This document shows, piece after piece, positions 54,334-63,790 of a DNA stretch of 64,000 nucleotides. The translations under genes and the position numbers were made by a program. The stretch spans positions 450 through 64,449 of the forward strand of contig JBGAUR010000001.1 in the NCBI GenBank assembly GCA_044228545.1, read 5' to 3'. Positions within the stretch are counted from its first letter, which is position 1. Each line of letters starts with the position of its first letter. The DNA is from Minisyncoccia bacterium (GTDB taxonomy: Bacteria; Patescibacteriota; Minisyncoccia; Phycocordibacterales; UBA9973). The notes beneath the pieces are model-generated. The model was not told the origin of the DNA. It searched no databases and was given only the letters and a program-made list of their open reading frames with translations.

Positions 54334-56463
54334 ATGAATAGCAAAGAATACGAAGTAGAAATCGGTGGTAAGAAGATCACTGCGGTTTTTAGTGACTTAG
54401 CAGATCAAGCAAATGGTTCAGTGATGCTCAAATGCGAAGGTACTGTAGTTATGGCAACAGCTGTGATCTCAAAGAGTGGTGAAAATAATCCAGGCTTTTT
54501 CAACCTAACAGTTGAGTACTTAGAGAAGTTTTATGCTGCTGGAAAAATCTTAGGTAGTCAATTTAGTAAAAGGGAAGGGCGTCCATCTGACCAAGCAATT
54601 CTAGCGGCACGTGTCATCGATAGAACAATCCGACCTCTTTTTGATCACCATATAAAAAATGCAGTTCAAGTAATAATCACAGTTATTGCTATCGGTAAAG
54701 CAGATCCAAAAACTTTGGGAGTGAACGCTACATCTATCGCACTTAATATTTCAGACATACCTTGGAATGGGCCAATTGGAGGAGTCCATATAAGTAAAAC
54801 AAAAGAAGATAGTACTCTGAAAGTAAACAATTATATTCCGAGCGCAGATGAGCCAGTCTATGCTCTTGATCTAATGGTCTGCGGAAAAGATAGAACTATA
54901 AATATGATCGAGTCTATGGCTTTCGAACTATCTGATGAAGAGATGGGTCAGGGATTCGACATTGCAATCGAGGAGATAACAAAATGGGAAGCATTCCAAC
55001 AAAAACTCAGAAGTGAACTTGGTAAAGAAAAACTTTCATTTCCAAAGCCTGAAGCAACAAAAGATGTGGTTGACTTATTCAACGACAAAGTAAAATCAAT
55101 AATTGATGCTGGTATTTTTAGTAAAGATGGGAAGAAAGTTGCAAATGATGCAGAATCGCTTTGGAACAATATTTTAAAAGAGACATACAATGAAGAACAA
55201 AAAGAAGAAATCTATGTTGCACAGGATTACCTACATCACTATCTTGATAACATGTTTCATGAAAAAGCAATTGCAGAAAACAAACGCGCAGATGGTCGTG
55301 CACTAGATGAAGTTCGCGCTCTTTATGCAAAGGCTGGTGGTATTTCAGACGTGTTACACGGTTCTGGAATATTCTACAGAGGAGAAACTCATGTGCTATC
55401 AGTTCTCACACTTGCCGGTCCTGAGAGTATGCACACTATAGATGGAGTGGAATTCTCAGCAAAGAAAAGATTTATGCATCACTATAACTTTCCTCCATAC
55501 TCAGGCGGTGAAACAGGCCGTGTTGGAGGACTAAATCGCAGAGAAATGGGTCATGGATTTCTAGCTGAAAAAGCTCTTACACCTGTTATCCCAGAAAAAG
55601 TAAACTTCCCTTACACTATCCGAGTTGTTTCTGAATCAGTAGCTTCAAATGGATCAACATCTCAAGCTTCAATCTGTGCATCAACCGTAGCACTGATGGA
55701 TGGTGGAGTTCCTATAAAAACACCAGTTGCAGGAATCTCAATCGGTGCGATGATTGACACTGCTGATAAGAATAAATATGTATTGTTAACAGACATACAA
55801 GGTCCAGAAGATCACTATGGAGATATGGACTTCAAAGTTGCTGGAACAAAAGATGGTATCACGGCAATACAGCTTGATGTAAAAGTTGATGGAATTCCGT
55901 TAAACATCCTAAAAGAAGCACTTAATCGTGCAAAAGTTGCTCGTCTAAAAATTCTCGAAACTATTACAAAAGAAATATCTACTCCTCGCGCATCTATATC
56001 ACCAAATGCGCCGATGATAGTAGTTACAAAAGTAAAGAAAGAACAGATAGGACTTGTTATTGGTCCAGGAGGAAAAAATGTAAATGCAATTCGTGAAGAG
56101 ACTGGAACTGAAATTACGATCGAAGAAGATGGTACTGTATTTATAACAGGTAAAAACGGCGGAGCAGAAAAAGCAAAGAAGATAATTGAGGATATGACTC
56201 ATGAATACGTTGTAGGAGAACTAGCAAATGGAGAAGTTGTGAAGATAATGGACTTTGGTGCTTTTGTTAAAATAAATGCAGATACGGAAGGGTTAGTACA
56301 TGTATCTGAAATCGCACCATTCCGAGTTGAGAAAGTTTCTGATATCCTTAAAGAAGGAGATGAAGTTCCAGTAAAAATAATTAAAGTGGACGAGAGAGGA
56401 CGTCTTAACTTATCAATTAAAGAAGCGAACTCTGATTTCTTTAAGCCAAATGGAGGAAAATAA
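54334..56463 (+). CDS. pnp: Polynucleotide phosphorylase
   Basis: Two RNase PH domains, a KH domain (GLVIGPGGKNVNAIREETG) and an S1 domain; 709 aa. Confidence 0.95.
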   Translation: MNSKEYEVEIGGKKITAVFSDLADQANGSVMLKCEGTVVMATAVISKSGENNPGFFNLTVEYLEKFYAAGKILGSQFSKREGRPSDQAILAARVIDRTIRPLFDHHIKNAVQVIITVIAIGKADPKTLGVNATSIALNISDIPWNGPIGGVHISKTKEDSTLKVNNYIPSADEPVYALDLMVCGKDRTINMIESMAFELSDEEMGQGFDIAIEEITKWEAFQQKLRSELGKEKLSFPKPEATKDVVDLFNDKVKSIIDAGIFSKDGKKVANDAESLWNNILKETYNEEQKEEIYVAQDYLHHYLDNMFHEKAIAENKRADGRALDEVRALYAKAGGISDVLHGSGIFYRGETHVLSVLTLAGPESMHTIDGVEFSAKKRFMHHYNFPPYSGGETGRVGGLNRREMGHGFLAEKALTPVIPEKVNFPYTIRVVSESVASNGSTSQASICASTVALMDGGVPIKTPVAGISIGAMIDTADKNKYVLLTDIQGPEDHYGDMDFKVAGTKDGITAIQLDVKVDGIPLNILKEALNRAKVARLKILETITKEISTPRASISPNAPMIVVTKVKKEQIGLVIGPGGKNVNAIREETGTEITIEEDGTVFITGKNGGAEKAKKIIEDMTHEYVVGELANGEVVKIMDFGAFVKINADTEGLVHVSEIAPFRVEKVSDILKEGDEVPVKIIKVDERGRLNLSIKEANSDFFKPNGGK

Positions 56464-57355
56464 AAAACCTAACAATTTAGACAGCGACTTAAAAGTTATC
56501 CATACATATACTTCGGATATGGCTGATGCAGTGCGTCAAAATGAAATGTCGGTTATAAAAATAGCACTGGCAGAAAAAGAAAAAAGGGAGAGTGAGGAGA
56601 TGTACAAAAAATCCGAAGGAAGTAATTCTTCAAAAATCTTTCTAATTTTTGGAGGTATTATTTTAATAGGAATTGCTTTGGGAATAACTTACTTTGTAAC
56701 GAAAAAAAATATTGAGACAAACTCTCCAATCCAAACTACAAAAGAAATTGAAGCACCTATTGTTTATAACGAAAAAGTATTTATAGATACAGCAGGACTT
56801 ACGACTCATAATGATTTATCGGGTGCAATAAAGAAAGAAGTTGAAAATACTAGTAAAGATAATTCAGTAAAAGCTATCTTCTTGAAGAAAGATGTAGGCG
56901 GTAAATCAGAATTAGTAGATGTAAATGGCTTTACTTCTTTAATTGGTGAAACTGCACCCCAAGCTTTAATTAGAAACTTGGGTGAAGAATATTTGATAGG
57001 GACTTACAATATTAAAGATGGTGATATCTCAAAACCTCATTTATTCCTAATATTTAATATAAAGGATTATAACCAAATATATGCTTCAATGCTTGCTTGG
57101 GAAAAAACACTACTTAATGATATGAATTTGATTTTCAATATCGATGTAAATGAAGATAGATCTGAGCTTCTTGAAAAACAATGGTCTGACATAATTATAA
57201 ACAACAAGGATGCTAGAGTATTATATGACAATCTAGGAAAAGAAGTCTTGTACTATATTTTTATAGATAAAAATAGTTTCCTTATTACAGACAGTCAGGA
57301 TATGATAAAGGAAATTGGAGCAAGAATTACATCTAAGAAGACAAAACCATTATAA
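56450..57355 (+). CDS. Hypothetical membrane-anchored protein of 301 aa
   Basis: It has a single TM helix (IFLIFGGIILIGIALGITYFV). I recognise no family. Confidence 0.4.
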   Translation: MEENKKPNNLDSDLKVIHTYTSDMADAVRQNEMSVIKIALAEKEKRESEEMYKKSEGSNSSKIFLIFGGIILIGIALGITYFVTKKNIETNSPIQTTKEIEAPIVYNEKVFIDTAGLTTHNDLSGAIKKEVENTSKDNSVKAIFLKKDVGGKSELVDVNGFTSLIGETAPQALIRNLGEEYLIGTYNIKDGDISKPHLFLIFNIKDYNQIYASMLAWEKTLLNDMNLIFNIDVNEDRSELLEKQWSDIIINNKDARVLYDNLGKEVLYYIFIDKNSFLITDSQDMIKEIGARITSKKTKPL

Positions 57356-57357
57356 GA

Positions 57358-57753
57358 TTGCTAATTATAAACAGTCTTGTTAAGATTAAAAATATGAAAA
57401 CAGATACATATAAAGCAAAATTGGAAGAAGAAAAGAAACTATTGGAAGAAGAGCTAAGCTCTATGGGTAAGCTCGATAAAGAGACTGGCGACTGGGAAGC
57501 TACACCTCCGTCCCAAAGTGCTCCAGAAGCAGACGAGAGTGATATGGCAGATCGAACAGAAGATTATGAAGAGCGATCAGCTATAACTGAAACTTTGGAT
57601 CAGAGATTTGATGATATTAATAATGCTTTACAAAAGATAGAGAGTGGTAATTATGGAACTTGTGAAGTTTGTGGAAAACCAATTGAAGAAGACAGATTAG
57701 AGGCAAACCCTGCAGCTCGCACATGCAAGGCTTGCATGGAGAAGGTCGTATAA
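57358..57753 (+). CDS. DksA/TraR-family C4 zinc-finger protein. The likely start is the ATG at 57394.
   Basis: CEVCGKPIEEDRLEANPAARTCKAC after a coiled-coil region. Confidence 0.6.
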   Translation: MLIINSLVKIKNMKTDTYKAKLEEEKKLLEEELSSMGKLDKETGDWEATPPSQSAPEADESDMADRTEDYEERSAITETLDQRFDDINNALQKIESGNYGTCEVCGKPIEEDRLEANPAARTCKACMEKVV

Positions 57754-57792
57754 GAATTTTAATAAAAGCCCATTTGGGGCTTTTATGTTTTT

Positions 57793-59364
57793 ATGTCATT
57801 TTCTAGAGTTTATTCTGCTCAAACACATTTACTAAAAGGTAAAATCGTCACAGTTGAGGTAGATATTACCAAAAATACTCTACACTCTTTCACATTGGTA
57901 GGTCTTCCAGATAAAGCAGTCGATGAATCAAAGGATAGGATGAGCTCGGCGCTCAAAAACTCTGGATTTACTTCTCCTAAAAATCAAAACCAGAAAATAG
58001 TTATCTCGCTTTCACCGGCAGATCTGAAAAAAGAAGGACCTTACTTTGATCTCGCTATAGCTTTGGCGTATTTATTATCAGCCGGTGAAATAGACTTTGA
58101 CCCAGAGAATAGAATTTTCTTGGGTGAATTATCTCTTAATGGTGAACTTCAACCAATTAAGGGAGCACTGCCTCTTGCAGAAGCTGCAAAGAAACTTGGG
58201 TTCAAAGAAATATTTTTACCAGAACAAAATGCAAAAGAAGCAGCGCTTGTCGAAGGACTAACTATCTATGGAGCAAAAACATTGAGAGAAGTAGTGGATC
58301 ACATTTATAAAATAAAATTGGACAAAAAAGGTAACCCAATCGAAAAAGAAAGATTGAAAATAACTCCAACTCCAAAAACAGAAATAATTTATAATAAAAA
58401 AGAACACGGGATAGATTTTTCAGATATTCGCGGACAAGAAGGGGCAAAGCGGGGGATAGAGATAGCTGCTGCAGGTGGACACAATATTGCTATGTCTGGA
58501 CCTCCAGGCACTGGTAAAACAATGCTTGCTAGAGTTTTCTCTCATATTCTTCCTGATTTAAAAACAGACGAATGTTTAGAAATCACAGGAATACATTCAG
58601 TGGTTGGGCTTTTGGACGACGCCCTTGTTACAGAACCACCTTTTAGGGCACCGCACCATACAGCAAGCTATGTATCAATGATTGGTGGTGGTGCTAATCC
58701 AAAGCCTGGTGAAGTTACACTTTCTCATAGAGGAGTATTATTCCTTGACGAATTCCCAGAATTTGAAAAACGTGTTTTGGAATCTCTTCGCCAACCACTT
58801 GAAGACAATATTGTATCTATATCTCGCGCTCGAGGATCGGCAATATTCCCATCGAATTTCATCTTAGTCGCAGCCATGAATCCATGCCCTTGTGGTAATA
58901 AGGGAAGTAAGCAAAAAGAGTGTATTTGTAAACCGAGTGATTTAGATAGATATTCAAGAAAACTTTCAGGTCCTATAATGGATCGTATAGATATCTGGGT
59001 AACCGTCGGAGCAGTAGACTATGAAAAGTTATCTAGCATAGAACCATCTGGAGAAAAGACGAGTGTAATAAAAGACCGTGTAAAGAGAGCTCGCGACATT
59101 CAAAATAAAAGATTTAAAAATTCCCCAAGAAAAATAAACACAAATAGCGAGATGAATGTTAAAGAGCTCGCGATTTATGCTCCGCTTGATCCTGAAATTA
59201 AAAAATTATTAAACGAGAGTGCTGAGAAACTCCAACTATCTGCAAGAGCATATCATCGAACTATAAAACTCGCTCGTACTATCGCAGATTTAGAAGGGAA
59301 TGAGAATATAAACCAAAATCACATTTTAGAAGCATTACAATATAGACCGAGAACAAATAATTAA
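57793..59364 (+). CDS. yifB: YifB/ComM-family Mg-chelatase-like AAA+ ATPase
   Basis: Lon-like N-domain, Walker A MSGPPGTGKTMLA, Walker B VLFLDEFPEF, arginine finger. Confidence 0.85.
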   Translation: MSFSRVYSAQTHLLKGKIVTVEVDITKNTLHSFTLVGLPDKAVDESKDRMSSALKNSGFTSPKNQNQKIVISLSPADLKKEGPYFDLAIALAYLLSAGEIDFDPENRIFLGELSLNGELQPIKGALPLAEAAKKLGFKEIFLPEQNAKEAALVEGLTIYGAKTLREVVDHIYKIKLDKKGNPIEKERLKITPTPKTEIIYNKKEHGIDFSDIRGQEGAKRGIEIAAAGGHNIAMSGPPGTGKTMLARVFSHILPDLKTDECLEITGIHSVVGLLDDALVTEPPFRAPHHTASYVSMIGGGANPKPGEVTLSHRGVLFLDEFPEFEKRVLESLRQPLEDNIVSISRARGSAIFPSNFILVAAMNPCPCGNKGSKQKECICKPSDLDRYSRKLSGPIMDRIDIWVTVGAVDYEKLSSIEPSGEKTSVIKDRVKRARDIQNKRFKNSPRKINTNSEMNVKELAIYAPLDPEIKKLLNESAEKLQLSARAYHRTIKLARTIADLEGNENINQNHILEALQYRPRTNN

Positions 59365-60137
59365 TTGTTGGTATCCAATCTTTTTGCTTCAGCCCAAGCA
59401 AGTTCGTAAATTTTTTTCATTGCATCTGCAATCTCACTACTCTCTATTATTATTCCGAGTTTCTCTCTCCATGAAGCAATCATGACTTTGTTGTCATAAA
59501 TATTTATCTCTGGAGAAAAATAAAATTTATCTGCAGGCACTAGTGCGCTTTCTCGCATCTCATCTTTATCTAATGATTTTCTTTCTCTACCGATATCAGT
59601 GTTAGGAATTATCGCTCGTATATGAATACCGTTTCCTGCACGACGTTTGTAGTATTTCGGGAAATAATTTGGAAGACCTTTGTGCATATCATCAACTGTT
59701 GCATAAGCACGGATTGGTTCGTGAGAGGTGAGAGTATCTTCATACACTTCCATGAGGCCTTCCGTACCTTCATAGAAACGAACTCGGGCACGATCTGTCA
59801 TATTGTGGATTGATTTTAATTCCGGAATTAGTTCTTCTGTTTTTTTTAACGCTTCATGTTTATGACGAATATCTTCTGTTATAAATCTTGAAAGATTCTC
59901 TGGTGATTCGGCACTGTACTCTTGTTTAGGTTCTTTGCCTGAGATAATAACAAGACCTTTTGCAGATAGGGAATCGAGAATATCATAACCGGTTGTACGA
60001 TTTATATTTGCACGTCGAGAAATAGCTGAAACCGTCCCTTTACCAAGCTCAAGGAGGGAGATATACACACCTGCTTCTTTATCTGTAAGACCAATTGCTA
60101 CAAGCTTTGTTTTAAGCTCAACTTGCTCTTTTTTCAT
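59361..60137 (-). CDS. TrmB-family transcriptional regulator (second copy)
   Basis: GLTDKEAGVYISLLELGKGTVSAISRRANINRTTGYDILDSLSAKGLV. Confidence 0.6.
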   Translation of the reverse strand: MKKEQVELKTKLVAIGLTDKEAGVYISLLELGKGTVSAISRRANINRTTGYDILDSLSAKGLVIISGKEPKQEYSAESPENLSRFITEDIRHKHEALKKTEELIPELKSIHNMTDRARVRFYEGTEGLMEVYEDTLTSHEPIRAYATVDDMHKGLPNYFPKYYKRRAGNGIHIRAIIPNTDIGRERKSLDKDEMRESALVPADKFYFSPEINIYDNKVMIASWREKLGIIIESSEIADAMKKIYELAWAEAKRLDTNN

Positions 60138-60252
60138 GCTTTAAGTATATATTACGGGTGATATTTGTGTCAATATCTTTCCACAATTTTCTTTTTTATA
60201 ATTTATAGTCTTATAAATAAGCTATTTTATATATCTTTTTTGACGATATAAC

Positions 60253-60281
60253 TTGACAGATAGATTGTAATTGGTTATATT
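60253..60281 (+). promoter_or_regulatory. Sigma70-like promoter: TTGACA (60253-60258), 17-nt spacer, TATATT (60276-60281)
   Basis: Read directly. It lies upstream of the small zinc-ribbon ORF and Cys-rich paralog C. Confidence 0.4.
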
Positions 60282-60312
60282 CTGTTATGTTATTGGCAAA
60301 CTTAAGAATTTT

Positions 60313-60510
60313 ATGGAAAAAGAAACAATTCCAAAAAAAATTACACGGGTTTGTAAAAAATGTAATAATACTTATATGATAGATTACGAAAATGTACTAT
60401 TCTATAAATCTATCAATAGTGAACTTTTTGAGTATTGCCAAGAATGTAGATTAGTTCCAAAAATTAGAAATACAGAGAAGAAAGACTGGTGCCACAATGA
60501 CCTAAAATAA
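60313..60510 (+). CDS. Small zinc-ribbon protein of 65 aa, a stand-alone copy of the N-terminal module of the Cys-rich family. The track start at 60271 is TTG.
   Basis: CKKCNNTYMIDYENVLFYKSIN...YCQECR parallels CKTCEKEFGIRDEDLVFYEQMKSPTPQYCPDCR of the downstream gene. Confidence 0.4.
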   Translation: MEKETIPKKITRVCKKCNNTYMIDYENVLFYKSINSELFEYCQECRLVPKIRNTEKKDWCHNDLK

Positions 60511-60545
60511 GATTACTAAAATTAGGGTTATGGTAATAAATATAT

Positions 60546-62231
60546 ATGACTAAACAAAATTGTAAAACATGTGAAAAAGAATTTGGTATAAGAGATGAAG
60601 ATCTTGTGTTTTATGAGCAGATGAAAAGTCCAACACCACAATACTGCCCTGACTGTCGTATGATGCGACGTCTTGCTTTTCGAAACGAACGAACATTATA
60701 CAAAAGAAAGTGCGATCTTTGTGGAGAGAACGGAGTATCACTTTATACCGAAGGGACTCCATTCCCAGTGTATTGTCATAAATGTTGGTGGAGTGATAAA
60801 TGGGACCCAAGAGATTTAGCAATGAATTACGATCCGTCTCGTCCATTCTTAGAACAGTTTAAAGAATTGCAAAGTAAAATACCGCGCATTGCACTTCTTG
60901 TGATTGACTCAGTTCGATCGGACTACACAAACAACGCAGGTGAGAATAAAGACTGTTACCTAATATTTGCAGCTGAAAATAATGAAGATTGTTCATACGG
61001 TCGTCTAGTTCAGAGGTGTAAAGGTTGTGTTGACTGTGCATTTATATATGATTCCGAACTTTGTTATGAGTGTATAGATTGTAGAGGGTGTTTCAAATGT
61101 ATGTATTCTGAGCAGTGTCAATCCTCTAGCGATCTATTGTTCTGCTACAACATGCGTGATTCCCAAAATTGTATCTTATGTACTAATGGTAGGCACATGT
61201 CTAATGCAATTTTAAACGTTAAGTATAGTAAAGAAGAATTTGAAAAGAAGAAAACTGAAATACTTTCGAGTTATGAAAATATTGAGGAAGCAAAGAGACA
61301 GTACAATGAACTAAAAAACAATAATATAGTAAAAAATGCATGGCAAACAAAGTGCCACAACACAACGGGAGACTATATGTACAACTGCTATGATGGAGTA
61401 AGACTTTTTGACGTATCAGATGCAAAAAATTGTTCCTATATGGCAGATGCTATGGATATAAAAGACTCTATGGATTGCAATAATTTTTATATAAAGTGTG
61501 AATTTGAATACGATATGATGGGAGTACTTGGTGGAGCAAAGAATAAGCATGGTTTCTATGTTATGTGGTGTAATAATACAGAATATTGTGACTCATGTTA
61601 TCACTCAAATGACTTGTTCGGTTGCATAAGATTAAATAAAGAGAGCTATTCAATACTGAATAAAAGATATGATAAGGAAGAATATCTACAGTTACGAGAA
61701 AAAATAATTGAAAGTATGAAAGTCGATGGAACATACGGTCAATTCTTTCCACCATCACTATCACCATTCGGATATAATGAAACCTTGGCGAAAGAATACT
61801 TCCCAATGAATCGAGATGAGGCAATTAAAAAAGGCTTCAAATGGCAGGAACAAAATTCAGGAACATTTGGTAAGGAAACCGTTATAGAAGAAAATATTCC
61901 AAAAACAACAGAAGATATCCAAGATACTATAACAGGAGATATTCTCGCATGTAATGAATGTGGAAAAAACTACAAGCTTACTCAAACAGAGGTGGAATTT
62001 TATCGTAGAATGCATCTACCAGTACCACATAAAGATTTTGAGTGTCGCCACCAAAACAGAATGAAAAAAAGAAATCCGCGAGCACTTTGGCCACGCTCAT
62101 GCATGTGCACAAACGAAAAACATATGAATCACCAGAGTGGAACATGTAAGGAAAACTTTGAGACAAGCTACTCACCAGATCGAAAAGAAATAGTTTATTG
62201 TGAAAGTTGTTATCAACAAGAAGTTGCTTAG
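60546..62231 (+). CDS. Cysteine-rich protein of 561 aa, unknown family (paralog C)
   Basis: N-terminal ribbon, WWSDKWDPRDLAMNYDPSRPFLEQFKEL, CxxCxxCxxC clusters, two ILN(V/K)(K/R)Y(S/D)KEE(F/Y) motifs, and a C-terminal ribbon CNECGKNYKLTQTEVEFYRRMHLPVPHKDFECRHQNRMKKRN. Confidence 0.6.
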   Translation: MTKQNCKTCEKEFGIRDEDLVFYEQMKSPTPQYCPDCRMMRRLAFRNERTLYKRKCDLCGENGVSLYTEGTPFPVYCHKCWWSDKWDPRDLAMNYDPSRPFLEQFKELQSKIPRIALLVIDSVRSDYTNNAGENKDCYLIFAAENNEDCSYGRLVQRCKGCVDCAFIYDSELCYECIDCRGCFKCMYSEQCQSSSDLLFCYNMRDSQNCILCTNGRHMSNAILNVKYSKEEFEKKKTEILSSYENIEEAKRQYNELKNNNIVKNAWQTKCHNTTGDYMYNCYDGVRLFDVSDAKNCSYMADAMDIKDSMDCNNFYIKCEFEYDMMGVLGGAKNKHGFYVMWCNNTEYCDSCYHSNDLFGCIRLNKESYSILNKRYDKEEYLQLREKIIESMKVDGTYGQFFPPSLSPFGYNETLAKEYFPMNRDEAIKKGFKWQEQNSGTFGKETVIEENIPKTTEDIQDTITGDILACNECGKNYKLTQTEVEFYRRMHLPVPHKDFECRHQNRMKKRNPRALWPRSCMCTNEKHMNHQSGTCKENFETSYSPDRKEIVYCESCYQQEVA

Positions 62232-62235
62232 CATA

Positions 62236-62268
62236 AAAAATCCCTCGATTTTAATCGGGGATTTTTTA
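62236..62268. terminator. Hairpin AAAAATCCCTCG-ATTTTAAT-CGGGGATTTTTT between convergent genes
   Basis: Read directly. Confidence 0.4.
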
Positions 62269-62574
62269 TGCTTTCTTAACTACCTTTTTCTTAGTTGTTG
62301 TTTTCTTTTTTGCTTTAGCTATTGGTTTTGGTGAGAAAGGAGCAGTTTCAATGGTAAATGGTTTTGGAGCAGCGATTAATCTTTCTTTTTTCTTCTTTTT
62401 TACAGTTTTCTTTTTAGCTACGACTTTCTTTTTTGTAGCTGTTTTACTTGTAGCTACCTTGGTGGGTGATACTGTGGTTTTTGAAGTAGTTGTAGTTGCT
62501 GCAGACACATCCGCCATAGGATAGCCTATGAATAGAGTAAGAACTATAAGTAATGGGATCAATCTTTTATTCAT
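62266..62574 (-). CDS. Secreted Lys/Thr-rich low-complexity protein of 102 aa
   Basis: A signal peptide is followed by TTTTSKTTVSPTKVATSKTATKKKVVAKKK repeats. Confidence 0.4.
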   Translation of the reverse strand: MNKRLIPLLIVLTLFIGYPMADVSAATTTTSKTTVSPTKVATSKTATKKKVVAKKKTVKKKKKERLIAAPKPFTIETAPFSPKPIAKAKKKTTTKKKVVKKA

Positions 62575-63790
62575 GGTCTACAAAATCTCTACTGTTAACT
62601 TTTAAGCCCTTATAAGGGTTACCAAGACCTGAACCACTTTCGAAGTGGAACCCTAAGTGGAGGTGTGGCCCTGTAGATTTACCAGTTGAACCAACATATC
62701 CTATTATATCGCCTTTTTTAACATCTTGACCAGCTACTGCAATGACCTCACTCATGTGACCAAATATTGCTTGGCGTCCATCAATAAAGTTTATGACCAC
62801 ATATCGGCCATACCCACCATTATAACCTGTTGGCTTAGCAATTAAAACATTACCCCCTTGAACAGCATATATAGGTGTACCTATTGGAGCAGCAAAATCA
62901 TAGGCTTGGTCAGCATGTAATCCTTGCGAAACTCGGCCTATACCCTTAGGGAACGGCCAGATATAGCCACTATCTATATTACCTTCTGGTTGGCCTGTTG
63001 GACCTTGAGGTTCAGGTTGTTGTGGTGGTTGCTCTACTTGTGGTGTCTCCACAACAGGAACGCTTACAACTGGAGCTTGGATTGCAGGAGTAGGAGCTGG
63101 TGGCTCTTCTTTTACTTCTTGTTTTACTTCTACTTCAACCTTTTTGACCTCTTTTGTATCAGTATTTTTAGCTATAGTTTTATCGTTTTTAGAAATGTCT
63201 TCTTTAGTATCGGGTTTGATACCGAAGATAACTAGATTCTGACCAATCTTTATAAGATCAGACTTCTTAAGATCAGTGTTAGATGCAATGATTGTACTTT
63301 TACTGATTTTTAGCTTTTTAGCAATACTATCTAAAGTATCACCCTTTTTAACTATATATGTAGTAATTTTGACTTCGGGATCATACTGTTCAAGACCTGA
63401 GTCAACATCCAGGTTTCCATTGTTAGATAGAGCTGTGCTGTTTGGCAAAGAAGTAATAACAGGTTCGTCTTTAATACTCTTTAAGTCTGGGTTGATAGAA
63501 GATTCAAGCAATGGAACATTCTGAGAGTTGTGAATCACATCTCCAGATTCTTCTAATTCAGAAGCTTGGGTCTTATTACCGACTATCTTGTCTACTAAGT
63601 CTGAGAAAAAACCAGCCGAAGCGAGGCTTGGCTGGTAAAACAGAAATATAAATATAAAAACAGAAATATAAGCTTTCATAGTAGAAGGCTTGCAAAATAA
63701 GGTTATTTTCATCTTTTGGTGATTTTGCCAAGCAAAACTACCATTAGAATCTTGATTTTTGAGTTTAATAAGCCTAAATAAATTAACCAC
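62567..63790 (-). CDS. LysM-domain M23-family peptidoglycan metalloendopeptidase. The true start is probably an internal ATG after the hydrophobic segment.
   Basis: LysM block YIVKKGDTLDSIAKKLKISKSTIIASNTDLKKSDLIKIGQNLVI; M23 motifs HADQAYDFAAPIGTPIYAV and GYVGSTGKSTGPHLHLGFHF. Confidence 0.8.
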   Translation of the reverse strand: MVNLFRLIKLKNQDSNGSFAWQNHQKMKITLFCKPSTMKAYISVFIFIFLFYQPSLASAGFFSDLVDKIVGNKTQASELEESGDVIHNSQNVPLLESSINPDLKSIKDEPVITSLPNSTALSNNGNLDVDSGLEQYDPEVKITTYIVKKGDTLDSIAKKLKISKSTIIASNTDLKKSDLIKIGQNLVIFGIKPDTKEDISKNDKTIAKNTDTKEVKKVEVEVKQEVKEEPPAPTPAIQAPVVSVPVVETPQVEQPPQQPEPQGPTGQPEGNIDSGYIWPFPKGIGRVSQGLHADQAYDFAAPIGTPIYAVQGGNVLIAKPTGYNGGYGRYVVINFIDGRQAIFGHMSEVIAVAGQDVKKGDIIGYVGSTGKSTGPHLHLGFHFESGSGLGNPYKGLKVNSRDFVDHE

